A stretch of 64,000 nucleotides of DNA, taken from positions 135,534-199,533 of the forward strand of contig CAWGUF010000019.1 of the NCBI GenBank assembly GCA_963825625.1. Reading direction: 5' to 3'. The notes beneath the pieces were generated by a model that saw only the letters and a list, made by a program, of their open reading frames with translations, did no database searches and was not told where the DNA came from. The DNA is from an uncultured Alphaproteobacteria bacterium (GTDB taxonomy: Bacteria; Pseudomonadota; Alphaproteobacteria; Rhizobiales; Hyphomicrobiaceae). Position numbers and translations under genes: made by a program. Shown piece after piece: positions 18,524 to 29,395 of this stretch (its first letter is position 1; each line of letters starts with the position of its first letter).

Positions 18524-19933
18524 GTGAACCGCGGCAGTGGTTCCGTCTGGTCGGATGATGGTCTAGCGGGATCATTCGTCAGGCCGCTCGATCAATCGAG
18601 GTTTAACGTGCGCGAGTTCGAAGCCGTGGTCGCGGAGGCTCTGGAGCATCACAAGGCGGGGCGGCTCGCCGAGGCGGGGGCGGCATACGCCCGGGCGCTG
18701 GTGTTGTCACCGGAGCATCCGGCGGTGTTGCACAATATCGGGACCGTGCAGGCCGCGCAGGGCGATCACGTCATGGCGCTGGCAAGCTTCGACAGGGTTG
18801 TCGGGGTTGAGCCAGGGTATGCCGCGGCGCATTACAACCGCGGCGTGGCGCTGGAAAAGCTCGGCAGGGCGCGCGAGGCGATCGAGGCGTTCCGGCGCGC
18901 CGTTGCGCTCGAGCCTGGCAATTACGATGCGCACCGGGCGCTCGGCTTCCTTTGGCTGGCCGAAGGCGAGCGCGGGCGAGCCCTCGACCACTTCGCCCGC
19001 ACCTATGAGCTCAGGCGCGGCGAGGATCGGACCAGTGCTGCTGCTCGATCGCTCGATCACAGCTCGAAGGCCAAGCTTTCCCATGATGCCGGGCTGTTCC
19101 GCTACCTTGCCAGCGAAATGCGCGATGGGCGCCGGTTCGAGCTGCTGGCCCGGATTTACGAACAGGCTTCGGGGGGGCTTGGCGAGGGTATCGTCCGGCT
19201 CAGCGGCGACCAGCTCGAGCTTCTTGGCGAGGACTACAACACGGCGATCAACATCCGGGTTGCGCCGGAGCTGAGCGGTCCAGCGATCAATCCGGCGCTC
19301 GACGCAGAGGCGATCGCGCAGGGGTTTGCTGACGAGCGCGCGGTGGCAATCGACGACCTGCTGACGCCGCAGGCGCTGGCCGGTCTCGGCCGCAATCTGC
19401 TGGAAAGCACGATATGGCACGACTTCAGCCACATCGGCGGTTTCGTCGCGACCTATCTGGAAGATGGTCTGGCTTCACCGCTGCTGCTGCAGGTCGCCGA
19501 CGAGCTGCGTGGGTTGCTGCCTGCCGTGCTTGGCGCTCATCCGCTGACTCAGGCTTGGGCGTTCAAGGGGCTGGAAGGGCACGCCGCTGTCGATGCGCAT
19601 GCCGACGACGCCGCGATCAGTTTGAACCTGTGGCTGACGCCGGATGCCGCCAACCTGGAGCCGGGGCAGGGCGGTCTGGCGGTGTGCCGCAGGTTGCCGC
19701 CGGCCGATTGGGCAATGGCCGGCTACGATGCCGACAAGGACGCCGTGCGCGCGTTTCTCGAAGCCCACGCCGAGGATTTGCTGCGGGTGCCCTACCTGCA
19801 GAACCGGGCAGTGATGTTCGATGCCCGGCTGTTCCACCGCTCGGACGCACCACGGTTTCAGCCAGGGCATGCGAATCACCGGATCAATCTGACCCTGCTC
19901 TATGGCCGGCGGGGCGGAGCGAAGGCGGCATGA
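18524..19933 (+). CDS. TPR-repeat protein with a C-terminal domain of unknown function
   Basis: N-terminal TPR units (AEAGAAYARALVLSPEHPAVLHNIG..., AAAHYNRGVALEKLGRAREAIEAFRRA). The start could instead be GTG 18608. Confidence 0.55.
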   Translation: MNRGSGSVWSDDGLAGSFVRPLDQSRFNVREFEAVVAEALEHHKAGRLAEAGAAYARALVLSPEHPAVLHNIGTVQAAQGDHVMALASFDRVVGVEPGYAAAHYNRGVALEKLGRAREAIEAFRRAVALEPGNYDAHRALGFLWLAEGERGRALDHFARTYELRRGEDRTSAAARSLDHSSKAKLSHDAGLFRYLASEMRDGRRFELLARIYEQASGGLGEGIVRLSGDQLELLGEDYNTAINIRVAPELSGPAINPALDAEAIAQGFADERAVAIDDLLTPQALAGLGRNLLESTIWHDFSHIGGFVATYLEDGLASPLLLQVADELRGLLPAVLGAHPLTQAWAFKGLEGHAAVDAHADDAAISLNLWLTPDAANLEPGQGGLAVCRRLPPADWAMAGYDADKDAVRAFLEAHAEDLLRVPYLQNRAVMFDARLFHRSDAPRFQPGHANHRINLTLLYGRRGGAKAA

Positions 19934-20137
19934 CCGGTTGGCTGGGCGAGGGACCGGATCAGTGCCGAGCTGGTCACGGTGGCTGGAATGGCGGGGGGCG
20001 GGACTGCCAGGAGCATTGGCCGCACGGGCCTGATCAGGACAGGAAATTGACAGCACAGGCGAGAGCCCACTATGAGGTAACTCGTACGCGGGGCCTCCCG
20101 CGCGGCAACCATCCCGATAACCAAAATCAGCGGCGTC

Positions 20138-21009
20138 ATGACACTCGAACATTGCGAGAAATATACGGACACAGCGCTGCGCGTCGGCGATGCCGATCCT
20201 TATCCGCAGCGAACCGCCGGTGAATTCATCGGCACCGTCGTGTCCAACGACTGGGTGAACAAGGAATACAAGCACCTGATTCTGAAAGTGCACGAGCGGG
20301 CGCTGGAGGCCTATGCCGGGCAGTTCTTCCACCTGCTTTGTCCGACGCCGGATGGGGCCGAGGTGTGGATGCGGCGGCCGATGAGCATCTACCGCATCGA
20401 CAAGGCCAATGGGCACCTGGAATTCCTCTACAAGTGCGAGGGACGCGGGACGCGTGGCATGGCGATGATGGGGGCCGGCGACGAGTTCAACATGGCCGGT
20501 CCTCTCGGCAAGGGCTTCGGGCTCAAGGATGGCTGGAAGAACATCGTGGTGCTCGGTCGCGGCGTGGGGCTGGCGACGCTGGCGCCGCTGTCGCAGCTGG
20601 CGAAGGACGCTGGCGTGGGCGTGACGGCCATTCTGTCCGCGCGCAATCCAGACGTGGTGATGTCGCGAGGAGCTGTTCGAGGGTCTCGGTGCCAAGACGA
20701 TCACAGTGGTCGACAGCGACGCCTCCAGCGATGTCGCGAACGTCGAGAAGATCATCGAGGAGCTGATTGCTCAGGGCAAGGCCGACGCGTTCTTCACGTG
20801 CGGCTCCAGCCGGCTGCTCAAGCTGATGCAACAGCTCGGCAAGAAGCACGGTGTGCCCGGGCAGGTCGCCATGGAGCAGATCATGGTGTGCGGCTTCGGC
20901 GCCTGCTACGTCTGCATGCGGACGTTCGAGATCGACGGCGTCAAGACGCTTGAAGCGGGTGTGCCGCGACGGGCCGGTGTTCAATATGCAGGAGGCGGTG
21001 GGATGGTAG
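20138..21009 (+). pseudogene. PyrK-like FAD/NAD(P)-binding, [2Fe-2S] electron-transfer subunit, with two frame interruptions (near 20666 and near 20951)
   Basis: Frame 2 gives the N-terminal domain with RPMSIY ... ILSARNPDVVMS. Frame 0 continues EELFEGLGAKTITVVDSDASS ... MVCGFGACYVCMRTFEIDGVKT. Frame 1 ends KRVCRDGPVFNMQEAVGW*, the canonical PyrK C-terminus. Each junction is explained by one extra base. Confidence 0.7.
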
Positions 21010-21958
21010 ATCTGTCGGTCAAGATCGGCGACATCACGCTGCAGAATCCGGTCACGCCCGCATCGGGCGCGTTCTCGTGGGAATACAACGACGTCATCGA
21101 CTTGAACCGGCTCGGCGGCCTCGTCGCCAAGACGATCTGCCGCGAGCCGCGATTCGGCAACCCGACGCCGCGCATGGCGGAGACGGAAGCGGGCATCATC
21201 CAGTCGATCGGACTGCCCGGCAAGGGCATCGAGTACTTCATCGATCACATCGTGCCGGAGTACGCGCGGTTCAAACCGCCGCTGATCGTGTCGTGCTCGT
21301 CCGACAATATCGAGGAGTTCGCTCTGCTTGACGGAAGAGCTTGGCGCGTGTGCCCGACGTCGATGTGATCGAGGCCAACATCTCCTGCCCGACGCGCAAC
21401 CTGACGGGCCAGAACTTCGCGATGCACGAGGACTACACGCGCGATAGCGTGAGGGCGATCAAGGAGAAGTGCGCGGGCAAGCCGCTGTGGGTGAAGCTGT
21501 CGCCCAACGCCGGCGACATCGTCTCGATCGCGCTGGCGGCGGAAGAGGCGGGCGCGGATTGTCTCGTCATCGCCAACACCTTCCTTTCGCTCAAGATCCG
21601 CACCGACAACTTCCGTCCGGCGCTCGGCAACAAGTTCGGCGGGCTCGTTTCGCCGGCGCTGAAGCCGATCGTGCTGCGCATGGTCTATCAGGTCGCCAAG
21701 CAGGTGAAGATCCCGATCATCGGCATCGGCGGCGTGACCAAGGCGGAGGATGTCGTCGAGTACATGCTGGCGGGCGCCAGCGCGGTCGGCATCGGCTATG
21801 CGGGGTTCCGCAACCCGACCGCGCTGGTGCAGATCATCGATGACCTCGAGCGGTGGTGCGACGAGCGCGGCATCAAGACGGTCACCGAGCTGATCGGCGC
21901 GGTGAAGGACGACGACATGGAGATGGACCCGCTGGTTGCCGCCTCGCACGGGGTGTAG
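21003..21958 (+). pseudogene. class-1B dihydroorotate-dehydrogenase-like catalytic subunit (PyrD-like), with the frame interrupted near 21330-21345
   Basis: ATG 21003 overlaps the PyrK-like stop. The first piece is MVDLSVKIGDITLQNPVTPASGAFSWEY...IVSCSSDNIEEFALL. After a frame change it continues RVPDVDVIEANISCPT...IIGIGGVTKAEDVVEYMLAGASAVGIGYA. Confidence 0.7.
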
Positions 21959-22076
21959 TCGAAGGCCCAGCGACTACGCCGTTTCGCGGCGGATTGCTGC
22001 TGGGAGGTGCGTGGCCGCAATGGCAAACTGAGCGGTTGCATGCGAACCAGAACCGGAACACTGGCGCGAGCGAGCC

Positions 22077-23069
22077 ATGAAAGCCGTCGTCGTCGATACG
22101 TTGGGCCGGATAGAGAACGGCACGGTCGCGGAAATCGAAGCGCCGCGGCCTAGCGTTGGCCAGCTGCTGGTCGAGGTGCATGCCGTTCCCGTGAACTACG
22201 TCGACATCGTCACCATCACGGGCAAATACCAATTCAAGCCGGATCTGCCCTATACGCCAGGCAAGGGGCCCGCGGGGATCGTCACAGCGGTCGGCGCCGG
22301 TGTGGCGCGATTTGCGGTGGGCGATCGCGTGCTGGGCATGGCCGAATATGGCGGCTATGCCGAGCAGGCCGTGGTCGACGAGGACCAAGCCTACAAACTG
22401 CCGGACAGATTGTCGTTCGTCGACGCGGCGGCGATGTCGCTGGCCTACGATACGGCGTGGATGGCGCTCAGGGACAGAGCGCGCGTGGCGCCGGGCGATC
22501 ATGTGCTGGTGCTGGGCGCCAGCGGGGCGGTCGGCCGCGCCGCCATTCAGCTGGCAAACGCCATGGGGGCCGAGGTGGTGATGGCGGCGGTCTCATCGCC
22601 GGACAAGCGGGCCGCAGCGCTCGAGGCGGGCGCGGATGCGGTGATCGATCTGTCGCTTGGTGATATGCGTGAGAGCCTCAGGGCGCAGGTGTTCGAGGCG
22701 ACGAACGGACATGGCGCCGATGTGATTGTCGATCCCCTCGGCAGCCCGGTTTTCGAGGCGGCGATCCGGGCCGTTGCTTGGCGCGGGCGGGTCGTCGTGC
22801 TGGGCTTTGCGGCCGGCGGCATTCCTAGCCTGAAGCTCAATTACCTGATGCTGAAGAATGCGGAGGTTTCGGGACTGCAGATTTCCGACTACCGCAAGCG
22901 TATGCCGGAGCTCGTTCGCCAGGCGTGGGAGGAGGTCTTTGCTTTCAATGCGATGGGCAAGGTGACGCCGCCGAAATCGCAGACCTATCCACTCGATGAA
23001 TTCGCCGCCGCGATGCACGCGGTGGGACAGCGCAGCGCCGAGGGCCGCGTCGTTCTCGCACGGGGCTGA
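22077..23069 (+). CDS. MDR-superfamily NAD(P)H:quinone oxidoreductase / Zn-independent alcohol-dehydrogenase-like
   Basis: 330-aa ORF with the GASGAVGRAAIQLA Rossmann motif. Intact. Confidence 0.85.
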   Translation: MKAVVVDTLGRIENGTVAEIEAPRPSVGQLLVEVHAVPVNYVDIVTITGKYQFKPDLPYTPGKGPAGIVTAVGAGVARFAVGDRVLGMAEYGGYAEQAVVDEDQAYKLPDRLSFVDAAAMSLAYDTAWMALRDRARVAPGDHVLVLGASGAVGRAAIQLANAMGAEVVMAAVSSPDKRAAALEAGADAVIDLSLGDMRESLRAQVFEATNGHGADVIVDPLGSPVFEAAIRAVAWRGRVVVLGFAAGGIPSLKLNYLMLKNAEVSGLQISDYRKRMPELVRQAWEEVFAFNAMGKVTPPKSQTYPLDEFAAAMHAVGQRSAEGRVVLARG

Positions 23070-23177
23070 GCCTCACTCTGGACAAATGGCTTCCGGGCAG
23101 CTTTGCTGGGCCTTCAACGCGGCATCCGACAAGCTGCGGGGAGGATCACGTCTGCAACGAGGCGGAGAGGGCTCAAG

Positions 23178-25315
23178 ATGGCTGGGAAAAGCGGAGCAGG
23201 CAGCGGCGGCGCAACGGGCGGCGCGAAACAAGCGGCAACCGCCGATGGCTTGAAATCACCAAAATCGGTCCTCGCTGCGCAGTCGATTGCCATTGTCGGC
23301 GCCTCGGAGAAGGGGCGCTGGCCGACGCAGATTTTCAACAATCTCAAGAAGCTCGGCTACAAAGGGCAAGTCTACCTCATCAATCCGCGACAGACCGAGA
23401 TCTATGGCGAGCGCTGCTATCCCTCGCTCAAGGATTTGCCGGCGCCTGCCGAGCACGCCGCAGTGCTGGTTCCGACGCCAGCGGTGCAATCGGTGCTGGA
23501 AGATGCGGCGGCCAGCGGCGTCAGGTCGGCCACGATCTACGCAGCGGGATTCGGTGAGGGCTCCGATCCGGACTCGGCTGAGCGGGGCGAATGGCTCAGG
23601 AATTTCATCGCGCGCTCGCAGGTGCGGATTTCTGGGCCCAACTGCATGGGCTCGTTCAGTTATCGTGAGCGGCTGTTTGCGTATCCGCATGCCGCTTTGT
23701 GCGAGTTGGAGCCGGGGCCGGTCGGTCTGGTCTTCCAATCGGGCGGCAACCTGCAGTTCTATATGCAGTCGGGTGGCGACAGGGGCTTGCGTTATTCCTA
23801 CGCGGTCTCGACAGGAAACGAGCCCGATCTGAACCTGGCCGACTATGTCAACTTTCTGGTCGACGATCCCAATACCTCGACGATCGTCTTGTTCATCGAG
23901 GGTATTCGCAAGCCGGGTCCGTTCATGGTGGCGGCGGGCCGCGCGCTGGCAGCGGGCAAGCCGATCATCTGCATCAAGACCGGCCGCAGCCAGGCATCAC
24001 GCGAGGCGGCGATGTCGCATACCGGGGCAATCGCGGGAGATTTCGAATCGTTCCTCGCCATGTGCGATCGCTTCGGCATCGTGTGCTGCCGGTCGATGGA
24101 CGATCTGGTCGAGACTGCACTGGCTTTCCAATGCGGTCGCCGGCCAAAGGGTCCGAAGATCGGTTTCGTGACGACTTCGGGGGGAACGGTCGATCTTCTC
24201 TATGATTATTGCGAGGCGGAGGGCGCTGCCCTGGCCACTTTCTCCGAAGCGACCAAGGCGGCGTTGCTGCCGACGATGCAGGAAGGAATCGCGCCGAAGA
24301 ATCCGCTGGACGTCGGCATTCCCTCGACCTCAGAGGCGGCGGCTGGCTGGTGCCGGACTGTGCACAACGATGCGGATGTCGACATGGTCGGGTTTGCCAC
24401 CAATGTGCCGAAGAAAGGCGAAGGCTATGGCGATCTGGGGCCGTTCGCCAAGCTGACACAGGAGACAAGCAAGCCGCTGCTCGGCTTCGCGCGCGTTATA
24501 CATCAGTCGCCGATCGACATCGGGCAGGCGCAACGCGATTTCGGCTTCCCTCTCCTGCAGGGGCTGGAGCCGACGGTGCGGGCGATGAACGCGTTGTGGT
24601 TCCATGCCCAGCGGCAAGGCAAGGCGCCAGTGCTGCCGCCGCCGGCGCAAGCCAGCACGCTGACGGCTGAGACACTGGAGGCGACGCTTGCCACGTATGG
24701 CATCGTGCTGCCGAAGAGCACGCTGGCCACGAAGTCCGGGCGATGCGGTCAAGGCAGCCGAGGCCATGGGCTTTCCTGTCGTGCTCAAGATTCAATCCGC
24801 CGACATTCTGCACAAGACGGAGGCGGGCGGGGTGCTTGTCGACCTCGAGATCGCCGGAAGCGGTGGCGGAAGGGGCGCGCCAGCTCGAAGCGTCCGCGCG
24901 CAAGGCATTTCCCAAGGCCCGCATCGATGGTTTTCTCGTCCAGGAGATGGTGTCGGGTATCGAGGCGATCGTAGGGGCGCGTACGGATGAGCTTTACGGT
25001 CCGATGCTGCTGGTCGGTGCGGGCGGCATTCTGGTGGAATTGGCGAAGGATGCGCGGCTGGCGATGCTTCCGGTCGGCAATGACGAGATCAGCTCGATGA
25101 TCGACGGACTGAAACTCAACCGCCTGCTGGCGGGCTACCGCGGGCGGCCGCCGGCAGACCGTGCCGCGCTGGAGCAAACGGTTGCCGGGCTGGCACAATT
25201 CTTTCTCGATCATCGCGCGGCGATCCGGGATATCGAGATCAATCCGCTGATGATCCGGGCAGACGGTAAGGGTGCAATCGCCGTTGATGTTCGTGCGATC
25301 TGGCACGACCGCTGA
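23178..25315 (+). pseudogene. NDP-forming acyl-CoA synthetase (CoA-binding, succinyl-CoA-synthetase-like flavodoxin and ATP-grasp domains), with two frame interruptions (~24733 and ~24850)
   Basis: Frame 0 has the CoA-binding region SIAIVGASEKGRW. Frame 1 has PGDAVKAAEAMGFPVVLKIQSADILHKTEAGGVLVDLE. Frame 2 has SPEAVAEGARQLEASARKAFPKARIDGFLVQEM... to 25315. Both junctions are consistent with a single inserted base. Confidence 0.7.
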
Positions 25316-25372
25316 GCTCTGGGCCGTGCAGGCAATCCGTTTTCAGGCAATCCGTTTGGGGAGCATATCGTC

Positions 25373-26359
25373 ATGATTCAGGTGCGTCGGCTCGGCCATG
25401 CCACATTCACGACATCGGACATCGAGCGGGAGGTCGACTACTGGACCAACATCATGGGGCTCGCGGTGATCGACCGTACGCCAGACCGGGTCTTCCTTGG
25501 CACGCAGTACGGACATGAAGCGATCGCGCTGGTTGCGGAAGGCGATCCGGCGTGTCGACGCGATTGTCGTTTCAGGTGGCACCGGACAGCGATCTCGGCG
25601 AGCTGGCGGCCAAGGTGCTCGTCGAAGCACGGCGTGAAGTGCGAGCGCTCGAAAGGCATCTCGCCCGGCGTCGAGGATGCGATCACGTTCACGACCCGAA
25701 GGGCACGCTGACCGAGGTTTACGCCGATTACGCTTGGCAGATGCCGACGATCGCGATCCGGTCATCTCACCGCTGAAGTTCGGCCATATCGCCTACCGGG
25801 TCAATGACGCGCAGAAGGTTACGGCTTCTACACCGACGTGCTCGGCTTTCGGTGTCTCGGACTGGATCGGCGACCACTTCTCGTTCCTGCGCTGCGGGCC
25901 GGACCATCATACTGTCAACTTCGCGCGTTACGCGGAAGAGAAGCTGCATCACATCGCGTTCGAGGTGAAGGACGTGGCGACGCTGCACCGCGCTTGCGAC
26001 TTCCTCGGCCCAGGAACAAGATACAGCTGGTGTGGGGACCGATCAGGCACGTCGTCGGGCACAACATCGCTGCCTATCATCGCAATGCGGACGATATCCG
26101 CGTCGAGCTGTTCTGCGAGCTCGACATGATGCTCGACGAGACGCTGGGATACTTCGAGCCGCGGCCCTGGCACGAGGATCGGCCGCAGTGCCCCAAAGGT
26201 ATGGCCGGCGGATACCTGGCGGGCGCAATGGGGGTTCGGCTCATTCGGACAGTTTCCGGGCTATCCCTGAGGTCTCGACGCATTCTGAGCGTGGTTTTGC
26301 CGCAATATTCCGGAAAATACGTCGTGAAGATCATATCCGTGTGCGATAATACCGTTTGA
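25373..26359 (+). pseudogene. two-domain VOC-family extradiol ring-cleavage dioxygenase (catechol-2,3-dioxygenase-like), broken into at least 7 frame segments
   Basis: A GGGGAG RBS precedes ATG 25373. Recognisable pieces in alternating frames: MIQVRRLGHATFTTSDIEREVDYW...; RLSFQVAPDSDLGELAAKVL; SKHGVKCERSKGISPGVEDAITFT; DPKGTLTEVYADYAW; DRDPVISPLKFGHIAYRVNDAQK; YGFYTDVLGFR; VSDWIGDHFSFLRCGPDHHTVNFARYAEEKLHHIAFEV...; KIQLVWGPIRHVVGHNIAAYHRNADDIRVELFCELDMMLDE. Confidence 0.7.
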
Positions 26360-26461
26360 ACCCTGTGCAACGTTCGTGCGTTCGGTGTGGGGTTCTGCTA
26401 TACGTTAACCACTATGCAACCCTGGCGTGTAGCGTGCAGGACGTTGGAGTGGGGGTCAGAG

Positions 26462-27421
26462 ATGCGTGTGTTGCTTGGCATGTGTGTTGGCGCGGCGGTT
26501 GGTGCCGCGGCCGTACTGGGGATGCCGGATCTGGGCGGAACCGATGACCTGGCTGTCATCACCGGGGTTTCGTTCGATGGCAAGGCGCGGGTGGCCGTGC
26601 CTGATGGCGAGGTTGCAGCCAAGAATTTCGCGGTCGTCGAAAGCGCCCGGGCGGCCTCCCGGCGCGATGAGCCTGCGGCCGGGCCGGCGCGGAGTACGGG
26701 CGTGTCAGAGGTTGCATCGGGCGACGTGGCACGTTGGGCGGATACGCGCGTTGCGCGCCTTGGAGACGCCGTCGGCTCGAGTGCTCCGGCCGCGGTTCTG
26801 GTGCCGGAGCAAGTGAGCCGGGGAGTGGTCAATGCTATCGAGGTCCGCGATCCATCTCAAGGGCGGGATCTGGTGCGGGATCTTCAGCGCGAGTTGAAGC
26901 GTGTCGGCTGCTACTACGGCACTGTGGACGGAGACTGGGGGCCGGGTTCGCGCAGGGGAATGCGCGCGTTCATTTCACAACTGAATTCGCAGCTTCCCAC
27001 AGATCAGCCGGATTTCATCATGCTCACGCTGGTTCGGGGGCATGCGGGCGTTGCCTGCAACGGAACCGACAAAGGAAGCGGCGTAATGACCGCGCGTCGG
27101 CCAGATGCCGCGGCGACGATTGCGGCGGTGCCGGCTCCGGTCAGGGTCTACAGGATCAAACCGCGCCAGGACCGGGCGATTGCCGCAGTCAACGAGGCGA
27201 GTGGGCCGACCGTTTCACCTGCTCCGGTGCGGCCGGAGTTCGAGGGCAGAATGGCGGTCGGGGGGCCGACGGGGGCAATCAGCGTCCCGGCTCCAGTGCC
27301 CGCGGCTCGTCCGGTCGTGCGTCGGCCGGTGGTCCAGCGGGCGGCATCGCCACGGCGTGAGGTGCGGACGCCGCGGCGGCGCAATACGCAATGGACGGCG
27401 ACGTTCTTCGAGAGGAATTGA
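26462..27421 (+). CDS. secreted protein with a peptidoglycan-binding (PG_binding_1-like) domain
   Basis: Signal-peptide-like MRVLLGMCVGAAVGAAAVLG. Contains LQRELKRVGCYYGTVDGDWGPGSRRGMRAF, typical of the putative peptidoglycan-binding domain, and a Pro/Ala/Val-rich C-terminus. Confidence 0.6.
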   Translation: MRVLLGMCVGAAVGAAAVLGMPDLGGTDDLAVITGVSFDGKARVAVPDGEVAAKNFAVVESARAASRRDEPAAGPARSTGVSEVASGDVARWADTRVARLGDAVGSSAPAAVLVPEQVSRGVVNAIEVRDPSQGRDLVRDLQRELKRVGCYYGTVDGDWGPGSRRGMRAFISQLNSQLPTDQPDFIMLTLVRGHAGVACNGTDKGSGVMTARRPDAAATIAAVPAPVRVYRIKPRQDRAIAAVNEASGPTVSPAPVRPEFEGRMAVGGPTGAISVPAPVPAARPVVRRPVVQRAASPRREVRTPRRRNTQWTATFFERN

Positions 27422-27783
27422 GCACGAGGCTGCCTATACTGCGTTGGCGTGGTCACGCGTTTTGTTTGCCGGCGCTGCGTGCATAAGATGATCTGAAACC
27501 GGCGCGATGCCGAGCGCGCGTCGGCTGATGCGGTTGCACTGACGACGTACCGGCGCGACGCCGGCATGAATGGTCCGTATCGGCGGCCTGGCGGCCGGTC
27601 GAGGCTGACTACCCGATCCGGCGGCACAACAGTTTCTGGCCGGCCGGCCTCCGGTTCGGCGCATTCCTCATCCAAGCAGAAAATAAGGTCTGGTTCGGCG
27701 CCATCATTTGCGGTGGGCTCGGATAGGGCGTATTCAACTTATGCGGATCGGTGTCGACCGCTGGCAAGGTGTGAAGGAGTAGC

Positions 27784-29040
27784 GTGATGTTCAATGCGAA
27801 AGACCTGCTCGATGCGCTGGTGCGCGGCGCAGGGCCCGCGCAGCCACAACAGCAGCAAGGCGGAGGCCTGGGAGGCTTGGGCGACATTCTGGGACAGCTT
27901 GCCGGTGGTGCGCAGGGCGGTGGTCAAGGTGGCGGCCAGGGTGGCGGGCTGGCGGACATCCTCGGCAAGATGATGCAGGGCGGTGCGCAGCAGCAGGCGC
28001 CTGGTGGTGCCTCTGGGAGTGCTCCTGGCGCTCAGGGCGGGCCCGGTGGTCTTGGAGGCCTCGGCGATATTCTTGGCCAGCTGCAAAAGCAGATGGGTGG
28101 CCAGGCGCAGGCCCCGCAGATGACGCCGGGCGGGCAGGGTGGCTCTGGCGGCGGTATCGGAGATATCTTCGGCGAGCTGCAGAAGCATCTGGGGCCGGGC
28201 GCTCAAGGCGGTGGCCAGGGCGGTGGACAAGGTGCAGGGCAGTCGGCCGGTCAGGGCGCGCAGGGCGGCGGGCTGCTCGATATCCTAGGTCAAGTACTCG
28301 GTCAGGCGACGTCCGGCGTCAAGGAGGGGGCAGCCAGGATCGACAATGCGACCGGCGCCAGCGGACATGCGCGCGACGCCTTGGGCCAAGCCACCGGCAA
28401 GTCGCCGGAAGAGCTGCTGCAGCAGCTGCAGGAGCTGATAAAGAACAACCAACTGGGTACGGGTGCCGCTCTTGGCGGGCTTGGCGCACTGGTGCTGGGC
28501 ACGAAGACGGGACGTTCGCTGGCGGTCGGGGCAGCGAAGCTTGGTGCTCTGGCGCTGATCGGCGGTCTCGCCTACAAGGCCTATCAGAACTACAGCCAGG
28601 GTCGCGCGCCCATGGATACAGGAAATGCGCAGGGCCTTCTGGATGCGCCAGCGCCGCAAGGCTCCGGATTCGAGCCTGATGCGATTTCCAATGACCAGGC
28701 GATCCTGTATATCCGTGCCATGATCGCTGCGGCGGCTGCGGATGGTCGTATCGATGCGGCCGAGCAGCAAAAGATCATGGGCGGTCTGGAACAAGCTGGC
28801 ATCGAGCATGCCGCGCGCGAGTTCCTGGAGCAGGAGCTGCAAAACCCGGCCACGGTGGATGATCTGGCAGCCGCGGTGAACTCAGCGGAAGAAGCGGTGC
28901 AGGTGTTCACCGCGGCTCGCGTCGCCGTCGATCTCGACAACGCGGCGGAGCACGAGTTCCTGGTGACGCTGGCGAGCCGACTGGGCATCGAGGCGGATCT
29001 GGCCCAGCACATCGATGCTGCGGCGCGAGCTGCTGCGTAA
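27784..29040 (+). CDS. DUF533 / TerB-like (YebE-like) protein with an N-terminal Gly/Gln-rich low-complexity region
   Basis: Internal repeats GGLGGLGDILGQL (x2) and GGGQGGGQGGG. Central hydrophobic segment LGGLGALVLG...LGALALIGGLAYKAY. C-terminal TerB-like helical domain (ILYIRAMIAAAAADGRIDAAEQQKI...). Confidence 0.7.
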   Translation: MMFNAKDLLDALVRGAGPAQPQQQQGGGLGGLGDILGQLAGGAQGGGQGGGQGGGLADILGKMMQGGAQQQAPGGASGSAPGAQGGPGGLGGLGDILGQLQKQMGGQAQAPQMTPGGQGGSGGGIGDIFGELQKHLGPGAQGGGQGGGQGAGQSAGQGAQGGGLLDILGQVLGQATSGVKEGAARIDNATGASGHARDALGQATGKSPEELLQQLQELIKNNQLGTGAALGGLGALVLGTKTGRSLAVGAAKLGALALIGGLAYKAYQNYSQGRAPMDTGNAQGLLDAPAPQGSGFEPDAISNDQAILYIRAMIAAAAADGRIDAAEQQKIMGGLEQAGIEHAAREFLEQELQNPATVDDLAAAVNSAEEAVQVFTAARVAVDLDNAAEHEFLVTLASRLGIEADLAQHIDAAARAAA

Positions 29041-29065
29041 GCTTTGTCGCAATTTCAGGTCAAGG

Positions 29066-29108
29066 GCAGCCGCGGTCGTCACGATCGCGGCTGCTTGCAT
29101 TTTCTGCC
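29066..29108 (+). terminator. intrinsic terminator after the DUF533 gene
   Basis: 9-bp perfect stem GCAGCCGCG / CGCGGCTGC with loop GTCGTCACGAT, followed by TTGCATTTTCTG. Confidence 0.55.
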
Positions 29109-29395
29109 AGAATGGCACTGTTGGCGTTGCCCGTTGCACCCGGACCGCAGCCAGGGCTGTGCCGGGGCCGGAGCGCCGGAATATTGCATTTGCGCAGCGC
29201 GTGTCCGGTTGAATTTGTGAACAGAGCGCGCGCGTACGCCGGGGCGCGGCCTCGGTGGTTCCAACTGAACACAAACCGCTTTAGCATTGATTGGTGGAGG
29301 AGTTCGGGGGGCGGCCGCATTGGCGCCGTGTCAGCTCGCGTTGATGCTGCGGCTGGCGCCTCCGGGCACCGCAGATGATAAGATAGGTGGCTCGA

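Noticed and set aside
18505-18545. Hairpin CCGACCAG-N22-CTGGTCGG after the amidase gene as an intrinsic terminator
   Set aside because: Good stem but no T-tract on either strand. It is possibly a structural or Rho-dependent element. Too weak to call.
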